From contig CAJFCJ010000002.1 of NCBI GenBank assembly GCA_904063045.1, positions 1,324,422 through 1,388,421 on the forward strand: 64,000 nt of DNA. Direction: 5' to 3'. The stretch is from Dimorphilus gyrociliatus (taxonomy: Eukaryota > Animalia > Annelida). Below, one piece after another: positions 1 through 12,948 of this stretch; position 1 is the first letter of the stretch; the number at the start of each line of letters is the position of its first letter. A program made the position numbers and the translations under genes. The notes under the pieces were generated by a model, which was not told the DNA's origin, did no database searches, and saw only the letters and a program-made list of their open reading frames with translations.

Positions 1-106
1 TTTGAACGTCAAGTGAATCTGAAAAAATTGTAGGTTAAATATTGGTTTTGATAAAAAAAAAACACACGAACAAACACTTACCGACATACACAATTTTATT
101 CGCCAT
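1..106 (-). CDS. 5' end of an unidentified minus-strand gene continuing past the left edge (MANKIVYV|DSLDVQ...)
   Basis: ATG at 106-104 and a 25-nt exon (106-82) ending at a strong GTAAGT donor. A short intron ends in TTTTTTCAG, and exon 2 starts at 18 in compatible phase 1. Too short to identify. Confidence 0.45.
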
Positions 107-1232
107 TTCAGAAATATAAAACCTGTTTCATAGCCATTACCAACGCCAACCGATAGGTTAATCGATCGTCAATCAATCACTGCAGGGAAAAGAGAAGGTT
201 ACAAACGGGTCAGAAATGATTATCCCGCCAAAATAGTCAGTCGTCATGGTAAAAATCTAACCTTGTCCGAGTCTATTGCTATCTGTTGAAATTAATTTAT
301 TAAATAGATAAGGCGATTATATATCGTATTAATAATAAATGCATGAAGGATAGAGGATTAACGATATATCGCCATTTTGAATCTGCTTGGCGACAACGTA
401 TCTTTGGTAATAAAGTTAACGTTCAATAAAAAAAAATCGAGGAGTGTATAGTAAGGTTTCTTTTGGGAATATTGTTGTTAAAAGCTAATTAAGGCGGTTA
501 CAAAATTAATTGCCCTTTGTTCTGTCTTTTCAAATCCAATTACGAACCGCAAGACGCACCAAATCAAAGAGAAGACCTATTACATAATCTTTTTAACACT
601 GTTCTTTGAAGGAACCGCTGTCAAAATGACGAAACGCCCCTTACATAGATCTATATCTAGTTTTCAATAATTCATACAAACTATGTTTGTATTAGCCCAC
701 ATAAAGTACTACAAACGAGTTTAATCACGTTTTATTCCTAAGTTTTAATGATTTTTTTTAATCTTGTTTATGTTCTTTTTAATATCGATAGTTATTGTTC
801 TCTAAATAGGTCGACTTTCGTTATCTATCTTTATCCCTTGAAAAAAATCTAATATTTTCTTTTTTGTTATAAGAAAAAGAAAGAAAGGAAAAACAAACAC
901 TCAATGACGAAAGTAGGGAGGAGCAAAGCTTTGAAAGTTTCCCCACTGAGCTATTCATTCAACGAATGAGTTTTTGGGGGCTGGCTAACGTTAAGTGCTT
1001 TCGAAACGAACGTACTGAACATTTTCACCGATTTTCTGCGCACTCGCCTCTGACCTTTCACTGTTACATGTAACACTCAATTCACTGATACTTTCGGTTG
1101 GCAGGCCCGTCAAGCGATTTCAACGCAAGCCGAGCTGCTTCATATTTAAACGTATCAGCCACAATCGGTCACCAGTCACATACCTGACGTTCTCTCATAC
1201 GCATCTATCTCACGAGGAAAATAAGATTAATT

Positions 1233-1817
1233 ATGGATGTAAATTCGACTCTGTTAAGACTTCATAAGAGATTACAAGAAAAGAGGATGAGAAGAAGATT
1301 GAAGAGATGTAAAGATTCTCCGATGTCTGATATATTCAGATCTCCAATCACGCCTCCTTCTTGCGTGAAACTTCCTCCTCATGAACTGTCTGCCTATCTC
1401 TCTGATTCTCAATATTCTATAACACCTGAGCCATCTCCAAAGACTCCTAAGTCTATTGGAATTCGACGTACCTATACAGTCTCATCGGAAGTTGGTCCTA
1501 TACCTTTTAAAGCATTCGAAGATGAGAAAAAGCCTGGTAGCAACTCGTTCTTAGCCTTATTCCGCCATAAAATGAGAAGTCGCCGAAATCCATCAGGAAG
1601 CGATGTTAGCTTCAGTACAACTAGGACTTCTACAACGACAACAGTCCTGGACAACTCATCAGTATTAGGTGACTTTAAAAATGATAAAGAAAAGAAAAAA
1701 GGCATATTAAGAAAGCTTCGAAGAGTAGGTCGACAATTACGCAAAGCGTCTTCCACAAGGCATTCGACGCCTAAAAAATCTAACGAAGAAAATGTTGTAT
1801 ACCTTGGAGTAGTTTAG
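1233..1817 (+). CDS. Intronless 194-aa basic, Ser/Thr/Pro-rich protein of unknown function
   Basis: ATG-to-stop ORF with protein-like composition in AT-rich flanks. It has basic NLS-like clusters and several SP/TP sites. No family recognised. Confidence 0.65.
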   Translation: MDVNSTLLRLHKRLQEKRMRRRLKRCKDSPMSDIFRSPITPPSCVKLPPHELSAYLSDSQYSITPEPSPKTPKSIGIRRTYTVSSEVGPIPFKAFEDEKKPGSNSFLALFRHKMRSRRNPSGSDVSFSTTRTSTTTTVLDNSSVLGDFKNDKEKKKGILRKLRRVGRQLRKASSTRHSTPKKSNEENVVYLGVV

Positions 1818-2276
1818 TAAGATTGTTAATTTTTTTATACTTTTTTTATTGTTTGTTAATTGCTTTTTACTGCCAATGAAATTTGTTTTTTTTTCAAGTG
1901 AATAAAAAGTTGTTATCTATATACTATAGATGGCGTTTTATATCAAATATATGTCTCCATCTGATGGAAGGAGTTTTAGATCTCGCTACTCATTTACATT
2001 TATCTAATAGGCTCGTGTTTATAGATGCTATACGATCCGAAAGCACTCAAGATAATACTATGTTAAAGCTGATGATTTCTTAAGTCCTTTGATAGTCATC
2101 TAGGTGTTCAGGTCTATGGAGTGTACGTTTGCCTTCGTATCGCAATTTTTCCCGCTCTTCTTATGCAAAGATCTGATGATGTAAAAACGCATTTAAGTAG
2201 TTTACTGTTTAATGATAATATATTTAATGAATAAGCAATATGATAAACTTTTTGTGAAAACATTATAAACCGAATT

Positions 2277-2465
2277 TCATATATAGAACATTACGATCGC
2301 GATAATGTACCCAACCACAGCGTTGGTTCTTGCACAACCAAGATTCGCCATTGTGGGTTCAAGATGGCTGCCGGCTATTAAGTTTCGAATTCCATGTGAT
2401 TTGCGTTCATCGAAAGGTAAACTTTCGTTTTCGTTTGGTTTTATCCTATCGGTAAACTTTTCCAT
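2277..2465 (-). CDS. Small ~62-aa ORF with C-terminal hydrophobic segment (possible tail-anchored microprotein)
   Basis: ATG at 2465-2463. A hydrophilic N-half is followed by NAVVGYIIAIVMFYI-stop. GC is higher than in the flanks; no homolog recognised. Confidence 0.35.
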   Translation of the reverse strand: MEKFTDRIKPNENESLPFDERKSHGIRNLIAGSHLEPTMANLGCARTNAVVGYIIAIVMFYI

Positions 2466-2855
2466 CACATTTTAAAGCCATATTGGACTTTATAAAACTT
2501 CTAAATTCGGTGATAGAACGATATGTCCTTAATTAGGCATTGTTGACAACGTTAAATTTTTTTGTCTCATTTTCGTATATTGTTTGTCTCAAATCTTCTC
2601 TTTAATTTTCAAATTAAATCGGACTAAGAAAGAAGAAAATATATGATATGACTATTTGGAATTATTAACAAACTGAATGGTATTAACCTATGTGAGAAAT
2701 TGATTGTATAAAATTGCATTGTGTATTTGAAACAAAATATCCTCAGCTAAATTTACATACGTTATTTAGTAGAAGGAGAAATTTTTTCTTTCTTTCTTTC
2801 CATTATCTAGAATTTCTTTATCTAACTATCTCTTCAATCATTATATCTACCTTTC

Positions 2856-2858
<3 letters not shown>

Positions 2859-2904
<46 letters not shown>
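2859..2904. repeat. (CT)n microsatellite
   Basis: Direct read of a perfect CT dinucleotide run. Confidence 0.95.
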
Positions 2905-2906
<2 letters not shown>

Positions 2907-3418
2907 TTTTTAATTGATATTTTGCATATTTCATAAATATTTTAACCTAGTTTTACAGTATTTATTTTCAAAAAGTCATGACTGTTGTGAATGGGTGTGT
3001 ACATGTATAAACGTGTTGATTATATATACTACGTATATAATAGTTTGTATGGTTTGTTAAAATTTTACCGACTAACATATTTTTAATATTTACCGAGATT
3101 GACCTTAATATTTTAAAAGGGAGAAAGAAAAACACGTTGCATACCGAATTTAGTACAAACTAATCATTAGACTCTGCTAATATCTATTATATAGTTTTCT
3201 TTTTTTAATCATTAATATCTTACTAATTTTACTAATTTCCCTAACATCTTTTCCTTCTAATCGACCTACTAAATCATCATTTAAAAAGACAACTATACAC
3301 ACGCAAATAAAAAACAAAAACAACAAGGATTTTAATGGAAAAAATTATCACGACTTCCAATGGACAAACAAACTACTTAACAAAAAAATGAAGCAAAATT
3401 TTGTGTATTTTTTGGCAG

Positions 3419-4549
3419 ATGGAACAGTTTCGTCAATTAAAAAGATTCAGCGAAGAATTTGAAAACTTTATGGGAGAGTTACAAGTTGTACCATTAGTTT
3501 CAAACGCTAAAAAGAGGAAGATTGAAGAAAAGCCGCTAGAAATTAAGAAACCATTGTATGATCAGGATAATGAGTATAATTACAGCTTTCTTCCTAAGGA
3601 AATTGTCTTGAAGATTTTCTCTCACCTTAACTCGAAAGATCTTGCTATTGCTGGTCAAACTTGTTCTTTGTGGAGATCGTTAAGTAAAGATGAATCATTG
3701 AGAAGATGCGTTGTAATCCGTGACAGAATAGATTGCGAAAACGAGTTTAGGGGAAGCCTATTCCAAAAAGAACTTTTGTTATGGAACGGAATAATTAGTT
3801 CTTCCGTATTAACCTCACTTGACTTTCAACCCTTCGCTAATAATTTAACTCGTGTATATATTAGAGAAAGAAGTATGAACGTATCAGAATTGGCTACTTG
3901 GATTCGAATTTGCTCGAATATTCGTATACTAAGTTTGCGTGATATCTCTATATTGCCAAGCGAATCTTACAATTTACCCGAAAATACTCATTTGACTACT
4001 TTGTTTTTGGACCGTGTTCTCATTGATAATAATGCTAAGAACTTTTTTAAACACCTACTGAAGATTTGTAAAAAGCTAAAATCTGCATTTATCAACAATA
4101 TAAAATGTAAAAGATTCCTTAATCTCATCTTTCCGTGTTCATCGACCATAGAACAACTCAATTTGGCAGGCTTCCGAAACGAATTCGACGATGACCTGGC
4201 GTGGGAAATATGCAAAACAAACTTGGAAAGTTTAAGAGAGTTAGATATAAGCGAAGCGACCGATCTGACAGAAGAAGGATTCTCTTTGCTATGTAAAAGA
4301 ACAAAGAATCTGGAAGTTCTCAACATCAGCAGGTGTTGTCTGATAACAACAAAAGTTCTAACTGCGAATTTAGATTATTTGCCGAATTTGAAGCGACTAT
4401 ACGCCTTTCAAACGTATACTGAAAGAGCTCTCAAAATGCTGATCTATTTCCTCGAAAGACGAAAGATTTGGTTCAAACCCAATGGTCGTTTGTACCGGAT
4501 TGCAGATTGTCCTCTGCCGCAGTGTGAAAGGGTCGAAATGCGAGTTTAG
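3419..4549 (+). CDS. F-box/LRR protein, SKP2 (FBXL1)-like, single exon
   Basis: F-box (LPKEIVLKIFSHLNSKDLAIAGQTCSLWRSLSKDESL) followed by LRRs. TIEQLNLAGFRNEF, LRELDISEA and LNISRC parallel SKP2 TITQLNLSGYRKNL, LVHLDLSDS and LSLSRC. First true ATG is at 3419; the track's 3401 start is TTG. Confidence 0.8.
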   Translation: MEQFRQLKRFSEEFENFMGELQVVPLVSNAKKRKIEEKPLEIKKPLYDQDNEYNYSFLPKEIVLKIFSHLNSKDLAIAGQTCSLWRSLSKDESLRRCVVIRDRIDCENEFRGSLFQKELLLWNGIISSSVLTSLDFQPFANNLTRVYIRERSMNVSELATWIRICSNIRILSLRDISILPSESYNLPENTHLTTLFLDRVLIDNNAKNFFKHLLKICKKLKSAFINNIKCKRFLNLIFPCSSTIEQLNLAGFRNEFDDDLAWEICKTNLESLRELDISEATDLTEEGFSLLCKRTKNLEVLNISRCCLITTKVLTANLDYLPNLKRLYAFQTYTERALKMLIYFLERRKIWFKPNGRLYRIADCPLPQCERVEMRV

Positions 4550-7500
4550 ATTATTTGCAACAAACAACCGCTATTAATGAAAAAATTTCGACAAACTACG
4601 CGTACAGACTCATTTATTTCCAGATTACAGACCACCTTATCGCTACACACGTTCATTAAAGTGACAAACAACCGAATGTCAGCTGTGTCCGACTTGTCAA
4701 CAGCGACCTATTTTTCCTTGTAGCATTCCTAATTATATATATATATATATATATCTACATCTACAATACGCTACACATATAACTATTCTGTTATGTACTA
4801 TGCATGCATGTATGTTGTAAAATATACAGGGCCGCATATAATGCACGGCATGTTTATCGGTTTGTCCGCCGCCGGCGTAGAATGAATAAAAACAATAGGC
4901 GCAAACGATATGGCTTATCGGGAAATTTTGCATACTATTTGTTTATATTCGCCTTAGGCCTATGGCTTATTCTTTTTTGCCTTTCCAAGGTCCGATTTCT
5001 ACCGTGTCGGATATCCCACCTCCGTAGTCGACGTCCAAGGAATGATTATCTAAATGCGATTCAATAAAGTTATGGAAGAAGCGATGGAAGCTGAGGAGGA
5101 AATTGCGGTTAGTAAATAAAGTAGAAAGAGAGAGCCATGTATATATATATATATAGTCAATGTACAAATATATACATATATATATATATATGTATATACA
5201 GTATATACTGTATATATTCATATATATATGTATTAGTATATTCCTATAAGCATATACATTGATAGGGGATTAAGAAGATTATAAACCATACGCTGTGCAC
5301 ATATATATAAAGACATGTTTGCATCTTTGTATACACATATCCTCCACCATCACTCATACAAAGAAAACTACTTTAATATTATGATTTATATCATTATTAT
5401 GCTAAAGAAATCGTGACCGATGTTTCGTGTTCATCATTGTAAATCACGACTTTTTAACAATTTTGTGCGCTCTTTCAAAATTAATCTTTGCCAATTTCTT
5501 CATCTTGTTATTGTATCGCGAGTTGTAATGAAGGATTTTGAGAACTCGTTGCACCATGGATAACAATATAGGCCTGGTAGGTCTTCGCTTCTTGTCGTGA
5601 ACCAATTTTCGGCAGATGGCATAATATTTTCTTTCTTAGAACGGTAGATGGCGTTAACAGTTATACATTTGAGCCTAAAGAAGTAATTGAATAAGGGCGG
5701 TAAAAATTTTACAGTAGAGTTTGAAATTTGCTTTATTACCAGAAAATAGCTCGATCTTGATTACATCATTTGTTATAGAGAGTTAAATTATTGAGCAAAG
5801 CCTGCTTCAAATAAATGTCAGGCGAATACGAGGCACGTTGCGAGCAGGTGTCACAGGTGAGGGTCATTGATTAAGGTTAAAGGTTATAGTGAGCGCGACT
5901 TTTCGACACTGGTCAGAATTTTGCCATAAGCAAGAGAGAAGAGTTGAGATTAAGAAACGAATTGAATGCACGGTACGGAATAAAAATATTAAGACGCGCA
6001 TCTGCAAACTTCCGTTCCTCCGCCAGCTATTTGTCGTCGGTTGTTGAAGGGAAAGTGCTATGCATTGATTACGTCACATCGGCCCTGCCCCGATCGATTC
6101 GTCGTCTAATCGTCCATTATATTGTTCACGTTCTCGCGCGTAGGTGTAGGAGAGAGTAGAATTACCACAGCTCGTGGAAGAGAGAAAAAGGAATGACGTG
6201 CCGCGTCATTCGGGCTGTTAAATGAACGTCGTCGAATTACCAAACCTTTTAACGATTCAACCCCGGCGCCAGCGCCCTTGGAAATCCATCCGATCGCCTT
6301 GTTTGTAAGGAAAAACCGTTTGCTAGGCCGCCGACCAACAATAGGACTCTTCTACCGTTACAATAAACTTTAAAAAAAATGCACGGACAGAGCGAGAAAA
6401 AAAAGTTGCCCGTTCAATCGTCGGGACGCGTGCGTCGACTCACGCACCTTGTATTCGGTTTCGTCCACTTCAAAGTGACCGCCCGTCATCGCCATGGCGA
6501 TGGTCAACTTCAATCCAGCTAATCTTCTAGTTTACATTGAACGCTCTCAACGACTCGCGCTGATTGCGTAATGCGCAGGTGCCTTAATGAGTGGGGCGTT
6601 GAATGCCTACTTTTATATCACTTCCTCTAATGACGCCCTGGGGCTTAACCAACTTGTCATATTGATAATTTCCAGCCTACTCCGATGTTTATATAACTAT
6701 AAATATATGCAGTAGTATTTACTGTGTGCACTGTACACAATGTTTGTCCAATAAGAAAAAAGAAAGGAGGAGATGGAAAAAAGAGAATTTTTCGTTTTTC
6801 CGAACGAACGAGGCGTAAATCGATACAAATTAAATTGATTGATGGCGGGTGAAAGCGTTTAATGAGCGATAAAACCACTTAGCGAATACAAACGTATCGT
6901 TCTTCCGTTATCGAACGTTATCGCCTTCAAAGGAACGCCGATTGAAGGGCAAGATATACAAAGTTTGGAAACGCGTATATCATTGGGAAATCGAGCCGAG
7001 AAATAGGGCGATTATGAACGGACGAAAGGAAGAATATAGGCAAGTGCCTCCTTAACTGACCAGTCGCTGTCAAGTATTCCGACATCCGAAACCATTCTAA
7101 AAGCCGCACGCTGACCGCATTGACCAGATCGAGTGACGCTTCTCTTAAAACGTCTTCAAACGATACCGATGTGGCCTTTTTTCCTTCTCTCTATCTCTTT
7201 CCCTTTTTTCCTGCTCTACCGACAGGTGTGCTTATGGATAACTAATTGGCAAGCATAGTGGCGGCGGTAACTTTCTTTCCAGAAGTTCCGAGAGGGCGCT
7301 GCCTGTTACAGCGTAAAAAATTCGACGGAGGAGGGCAATCAATCGCTAATTACAGCATCCGATACGTAAATCGATAAAGTTCCGAGAGCGTTCGTCATTT
7401 ATCATTTATAGCCTTATTACGAATCGTCGGCTGCTATATAGGCTTAAGATGTTTACTCGCCATTGATTACTTAATCCCCATTGATTTTTTCGTCCGCGGC

Positions 7501-9445
7501 AAACGCCTAATCGGATCGAAATCCGGTTGATGTTGGACAATAGTTGGGTCAGAGGTGAGCGTTTTAAGAGCGTCTAAGACTAATGAACTCATCACACCCC
7601 ACCTTTGTTTGTCGGAAGCCGATTCTATATATTATGCATAAGCGTCCCAATCCCCAGAGGAAGACCGCGATTCAACAGCCCCCATGACTCTCTTTTTTTT
7701 TAGAGAGATGGTGTTTATTCAATATTTGCTCGAAAGGCCTTTGTCATCGAGGCGGAAGGGTTCGTCCTCCTCGGCAGGAGGTTGTCACATTTTGCGTGGT
7801 CGGCCACCATCTGGCTCCCGCCCGAAATTGTCATACGTTTACAATTGTTGCGCAACCTATTCCACCTAAAGGAAAGTTTCTGATTTTCTCACGGCAAAAA
7901 CGGTTTGGTAAAGAATCACATATTTTTATCTGCGGTTTGCCTAAGCCATCTGCCGAGAATCAAACCTCTTCAATCGTTTCGTTCTGTTTATCGACGTCGT
8001 TCCGTATTTTGATTAGCAGAGCAGGAAAAAAATGCAACCGCCGGCTATTTCGTTGTGATGTAATACGAGTTTGTTTTCAACGTTCGCTAGACAAACCGGT
8101 GACAATCGCTTCGAGCGCGAATATATGTAGGTTTTATTAAGGAAAGTGGCGAACTTGTGAAATTTGATATGGCGAAAGCTTTCTGTTGTATAATTCGCGT
8201 TGCTTTTATGTCATTATTAATATATAGAAGGGGAAGAAGGGAGGTTATAAAGGGTATGAAGGGGGAGGAAAATTCGCATCTTTAACATTTTTTCTTATTC
8301 CTTTCACTCTTTTGTAAATAGTAATAATCGTAGATGATTATTTAACTTGTATTATAGGCATTTAAGTCGTACATTCTGTCGTTGACATTACCACTGACGT
8401 TGAAATCCGGGCCCTGAGGGCCCTTGCGGAGAAAATGACTATAATCGCGAAAAGAAAAGGCTTTTTACATAATAGACGCTTGACGCCGAAAGTGACGTCA
8501 CACGTGAGTTGGTGTACAAAGGCGTCATTCGATTCCTGACGTGTTTTGGCTGTGTGCTCACTCCATTAAGCGAATGCGTGATGAGAAAAATTCGATTTTC
8601 GAAATTTTATCAATTGCAGCTGTACCGCCGATTAAACGGCTTCGGCGTCGCTTTTTCCTCTCTTCCTGTCATCTTCTCACAGAGACGCACCATAATATCG
8701 CAGCCTCAGTGATTGCACTAATGAGAAGCAAGTGCCGAGATAAGATCAACTCACGCAAAGGGCGGCGGGAGCATCTACTGACGGGGGGGAAATGTTCGTT
8801 AATGAACGTCTGTGCTACTCATAATGTGATCCGAGATCGGCGCCTGCAGAGACGCTTCCAATCTTGACCCACTTCCTGCAGCGTCTCATCTTACGGCTGC
8901 TAGTCACGTGATAGTGACGCTCCGCCTTTTGTTTGCTCTTGCTTGCTCCTGCGCTTCATTCGGTTTTATACAGGCTACTTGTTATTCATTATTACTACCT
9001 TTTTAAATCACCGATGCGAAAGAAAAGTAAACGTTAGTAACTATATAGCGCGTCGCTTTTAGTTAGAGACGTCGGTTTTTTTAATCAAAGTGCGCATGCG
9101 CGACGCAGGTGTTATAAAGAGCGCCCTCTGTTAGGCAGGTATGTGGGCATTAAACGAGTTAAGGCTGTCCAACCAACTTTGATTTATCGGGAATAAAATA
9201 GGCGTGAAAACTGTTCGACTTAATTCTCCTCGCATAAAATCTGGCAGGTATATATTTTCTAATAGATGTTATGGTTTCTTTTACCTTTATACTATTATAG
9301 TCTTTATGGATTTGTCTTTTTATATAAAATTAACATGCGTATTTATATATATATATATTATGACATTATAGCATATATATATATATATTAAAAAATGTAG
9401 ACATCTATATATCTATAGTTCTAATTGTATTAAAGTATTATATTA

Positions 9446-9483
<38 letters not shown>

Positions 9484-9936
9484 GTATATGTATTTATATA
9501 TGCATATAGATCTATATATATATGTGTGTGTATACATCTATAAGGATGTATACGCTATATACATTTTTATTAACATGACAATGCTTGCAGTGTACACTAA
9601 GTATACTCCTTGCTTCTCATTTATATATATATATGTATGAATGTGAATGTTTTTTTTACATACCAGACATATATATATATATATATCCATTCACTATATA
9701 GTACCACTAGCTATATATATACATATATATATATACAGTATATGCGGTATATCTAGTTTTTTTTATACGAAGTTGTCATTTTATTCTATTTGTACCTATA
9801 AATTTATTCTCTCAATTGAGATTCGTGTACTATGTATTTATATGTTACATAGTATTTAAATCCATATAAAATTTATATACATTAACATCTAAGTATCAGG
9901 TATATAAGAGGCTGCATAGTTTATAATAATACATGC

Positions 9937-9938
<2 letters not shown>

Positions 9939-9986
<48 letters not shown>
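9939..9986. repeat. (AT)n microsatellite, one of many in the window
   Basis: Direct read. Similar TA runs occur near 4735, 9460, 10485, 25155 and 31620. Confidence 0.9.
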
Positions 9987-9994
<8 letters not shown>

Positions 9995-12948
9995 TAATAT
10001 AAAATGGAAGAAGAAGTTGTGTTGTGACTGATAATGAACTTTTTGTCGTCGATGTTGACTCGGGTAAATAACGTTTGTAGACTTGGCGAGTATTTTTGTT
10101 GTGGTTGAGACGGTCGGCCTGCTTTGTGTCTTCGGGGCCTCTCCTCTATAAATGTCTCTAGTTGATCAAAGCTTTTTTTTTAAATCCCGTTGTTCATCGT
10201 CGTTTGATGGGAAAATTGGCGGCGGCGATTTTTCGCTCTTTGTTGCGCCGTAGAGTGCTATGTATGCAAAGGCAAAATCGACGTGTAGCAATAATAGAGT
10301 TGGAGAATGTAAACTATTTATCGGACGTTGTCGACCGTGAAATATGAAGTGAAGGCTGGTTAAAGATTCAACAACAGTCAAACGTAAAGCTTAGGGTACA
10401 GTGTATATATTTATTTATACACGCACACAATATACGAAAGAGTATTCTGGGCATCGCCGTCATATTAATAAATCTTGATTTATATATATATATATATATA
10501 TGCTATATGGAGTTATTATGTGCGTATATATACGTGAGAATATATCGATCTATTCGCATCTTTTATAAAACGACGGCAGCTGCAGTAAATAGGAAAATTT
10601 TTTTAAACACACAGTCTACTGATTTATTGAGACGATTAGCTGGCGCCCACAGTAGGGGAAACGCTACTGGTGACGCTTGGAGGGAGTTTCTTTGATATTC
10701 GAGTGTCGTTGACTGGGCGATGCTGTTTTTACGATTTTATTCCAACAAATTGCTAAGAGGGTGGAGAGTCCGTCTATAATTCCTTGTTCAAATTCGCAAA
10801 TCTAGCTGCTAATATTGACCGTATTTTAAACTGAACAAAAACTGCATTTAACTCATCGAGTGCTTATTGGCGTCTGTTCGTCTGGAAATGCAATGTAGAA
10901 GAAAATCTAAATATAATTATGCCAACATCGTTTCTTCTTGTATACCGTTGTGATTTTGGGAGGGGGCCGAATTGTGGACAGTAGTGATTGCCGTCTTTTT
11001 TGCGTCTATTTGATGTTTGGATGAACGTTTGTGTACTTTCACTTTATGCGCATCTGACTTGCTTTCGAAAGAGGGAAAATTAAATGCTTTATAAACTTAC
11101 TGTTGTTCCCTGAACTTGTTCTTCTCTCTATCATGTTTTATTAGCCCTTCGTAGTTTTGTAGTATTATACAGATGTACTTCGACGAAGTACCTAAATGCA
11201 ACTATTCCTCTAACAACGTTTGATGCCCTTATATATGTATAGGCGTTAACGCACGAAAGCATTTCTCTCTTCTTTCTATTTTTTTTTTCAAATTTTCTAA
11301 TTTATTCTCCCAGCATTCGGTTACACAGTTTCTAATGAGACGCCAAGTTATTCATGTTGTCTATATGAGATAGAATCGCCTCCTAATTGAAATTACACCT
11401 CTTGTATAGAAAGAGGCGATGCCATAAATACTCTTTATATACGTCGGTCGTAAATCACTTGTCGACAAAGTGTGTGCCCTATGGAAAATTAAAAAAAATG
11501 AACGAGGTTGGGGGAGAAAATAATCGAATAGTTACGGGTCAGCGCTTTGAATAATCGTTATGATGGTGGAGAAAGCGAAACGTCAACGTAAAAAGCGTCC
11601 ATGCCGTAACTCACCTTTATCATAACGACATCTCGTTCGGACGTCACCTTATGTAATCGATGTTTGAACAGATAATGTCTTTTTCTTTTCGTTCGAAACT
11701 CCCCTAATCGAAAACAATAAATATGTATACAAGAGGCAAGTTGTTCAAATATTTTCACTGTAGAGAAAAGCTCTGCCTGCCAACTCTGTTGACTCGACGT
11801 CATCATAAACTTCAGTAGCTGCGTGTTTACCTGTTTGTCGAAGTGATTTAAGGGAAAGTTTCCAGCTCTCTCCACCTCCACCCCTCATCCCTTAAAGCCT
11901 ATATTTTTCTGGGTGGGCATTCCACCACCTTTCACACCAATTATCGCAAGTTTCGACGGGTGGCAGTTGTGACAAAATGGCGCAGATTTTCAGAACAGAA
12001 TTTTGCTTTAGGGCTTTTTTTTAACTGATAACAATCTAAGGATTGAACTCTCCCTCTTTTTCCCTCTTTTTCTTTCTCCTTTGCGTTCATATTGAAATTC
12101 TACAATATACTCCACCGCGTATTAGCTTCTTTATACGCGCATTCTGTCTAATAAAGCAACAATTACCAACGCTACCACCACCATCTCATTTCTACATTTT
12201 TCCCTATTATTCTCTCTTCCTCCCTCTCCTTAACCAATAAACTATTAAGGAATTCTCTAATGCCATTCAACGTAACGTAATGAGCGGAAAAAAGAGGAAA
12301 AAAAGGGCGGTAAAAGGTGAAAAATGCGTGTCGGCGGGGCGTCTCTGCGCGAGGTTGCGTTTAAAAACGCGCGCGAGTAAAATGGTTTTGAACAGCTGCG
12401 AATTGTTGTGTATGGGAAGACCCGCTGTGCGCCCCACTTTTTTTCATTTTCGATTGTTTATGTTTCTTAAATAGCCTCGCCAATCGTCCTAATCGATTCT
12501 CTATATTGTAACTTCTGTAGTGTATATATACAGTATATACGTGTATATGTTGTAGAAAAAACGGATTACGCGTTCAAACTTGTAAAGACAGAGTAGGCAG
12601 GATTTACAGCGTTGTGTAAATATGATGAGTAAATGCGTTTTAAAACGCTCCATAAATATAAACGGACGAACGTTATTTTTTTTCGCACGATGCACGTCGT
12701 TCTGTACAAAAGAGGTTAATTAGTGCTAATTACAGACGGAGCTGACCTGCAAGCGCTCGACGTGCTAGCATTGTTCACTTTATCTCTGCCGCACCTGTGC
12801 GCAACTCTGTTTTTTTTTCTCTCTTTCTCTTTTTTCTCTCTCCCCCTCTCATTCACTCACTCACTCTCTTTGCTCCCTTTTCTCTATCTACCTTTACTTC
12901 TTCTCCACCCACCTTTATCTGTATCCTCTTTCTCCCTTTGTTTTGCAG

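Noticed and set aside
82-106. MANKIVYV as an RRM/PPIE-like N-terminus
   Set aside because: The next exon gives DSLDVQ rather than the GGL expected for PPIE, so no gene name was assigned.
2070-2176. TGATGA...CTGA pair resembling a box C/D snoRNA
   Set aside because: No terminal stem, imperfect C box, not clearly intronic, and no recognisable rRNA-complementary guide.
1472-4326. Minus-strand ORFs 1472-1756 and 3988-4326
   Set aside because: Antisense to the better-supported plus-strand ORFs.
11375-11420. ATCGCCTC...GAGGCGAT inverted repeat
   Set aside because: Only 8-bp arms, expected by chance. No second copy or target-site duplication to suggest a MITE.
4733-12695. Numerous 60-115-aa ORFs (YIYI-, FFLF-, LSLS-type)
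   Set aside because: Translations of TA/CT microsatellites and polypyrimidine tracts, mostly with non-ATG starts and no domain signal.
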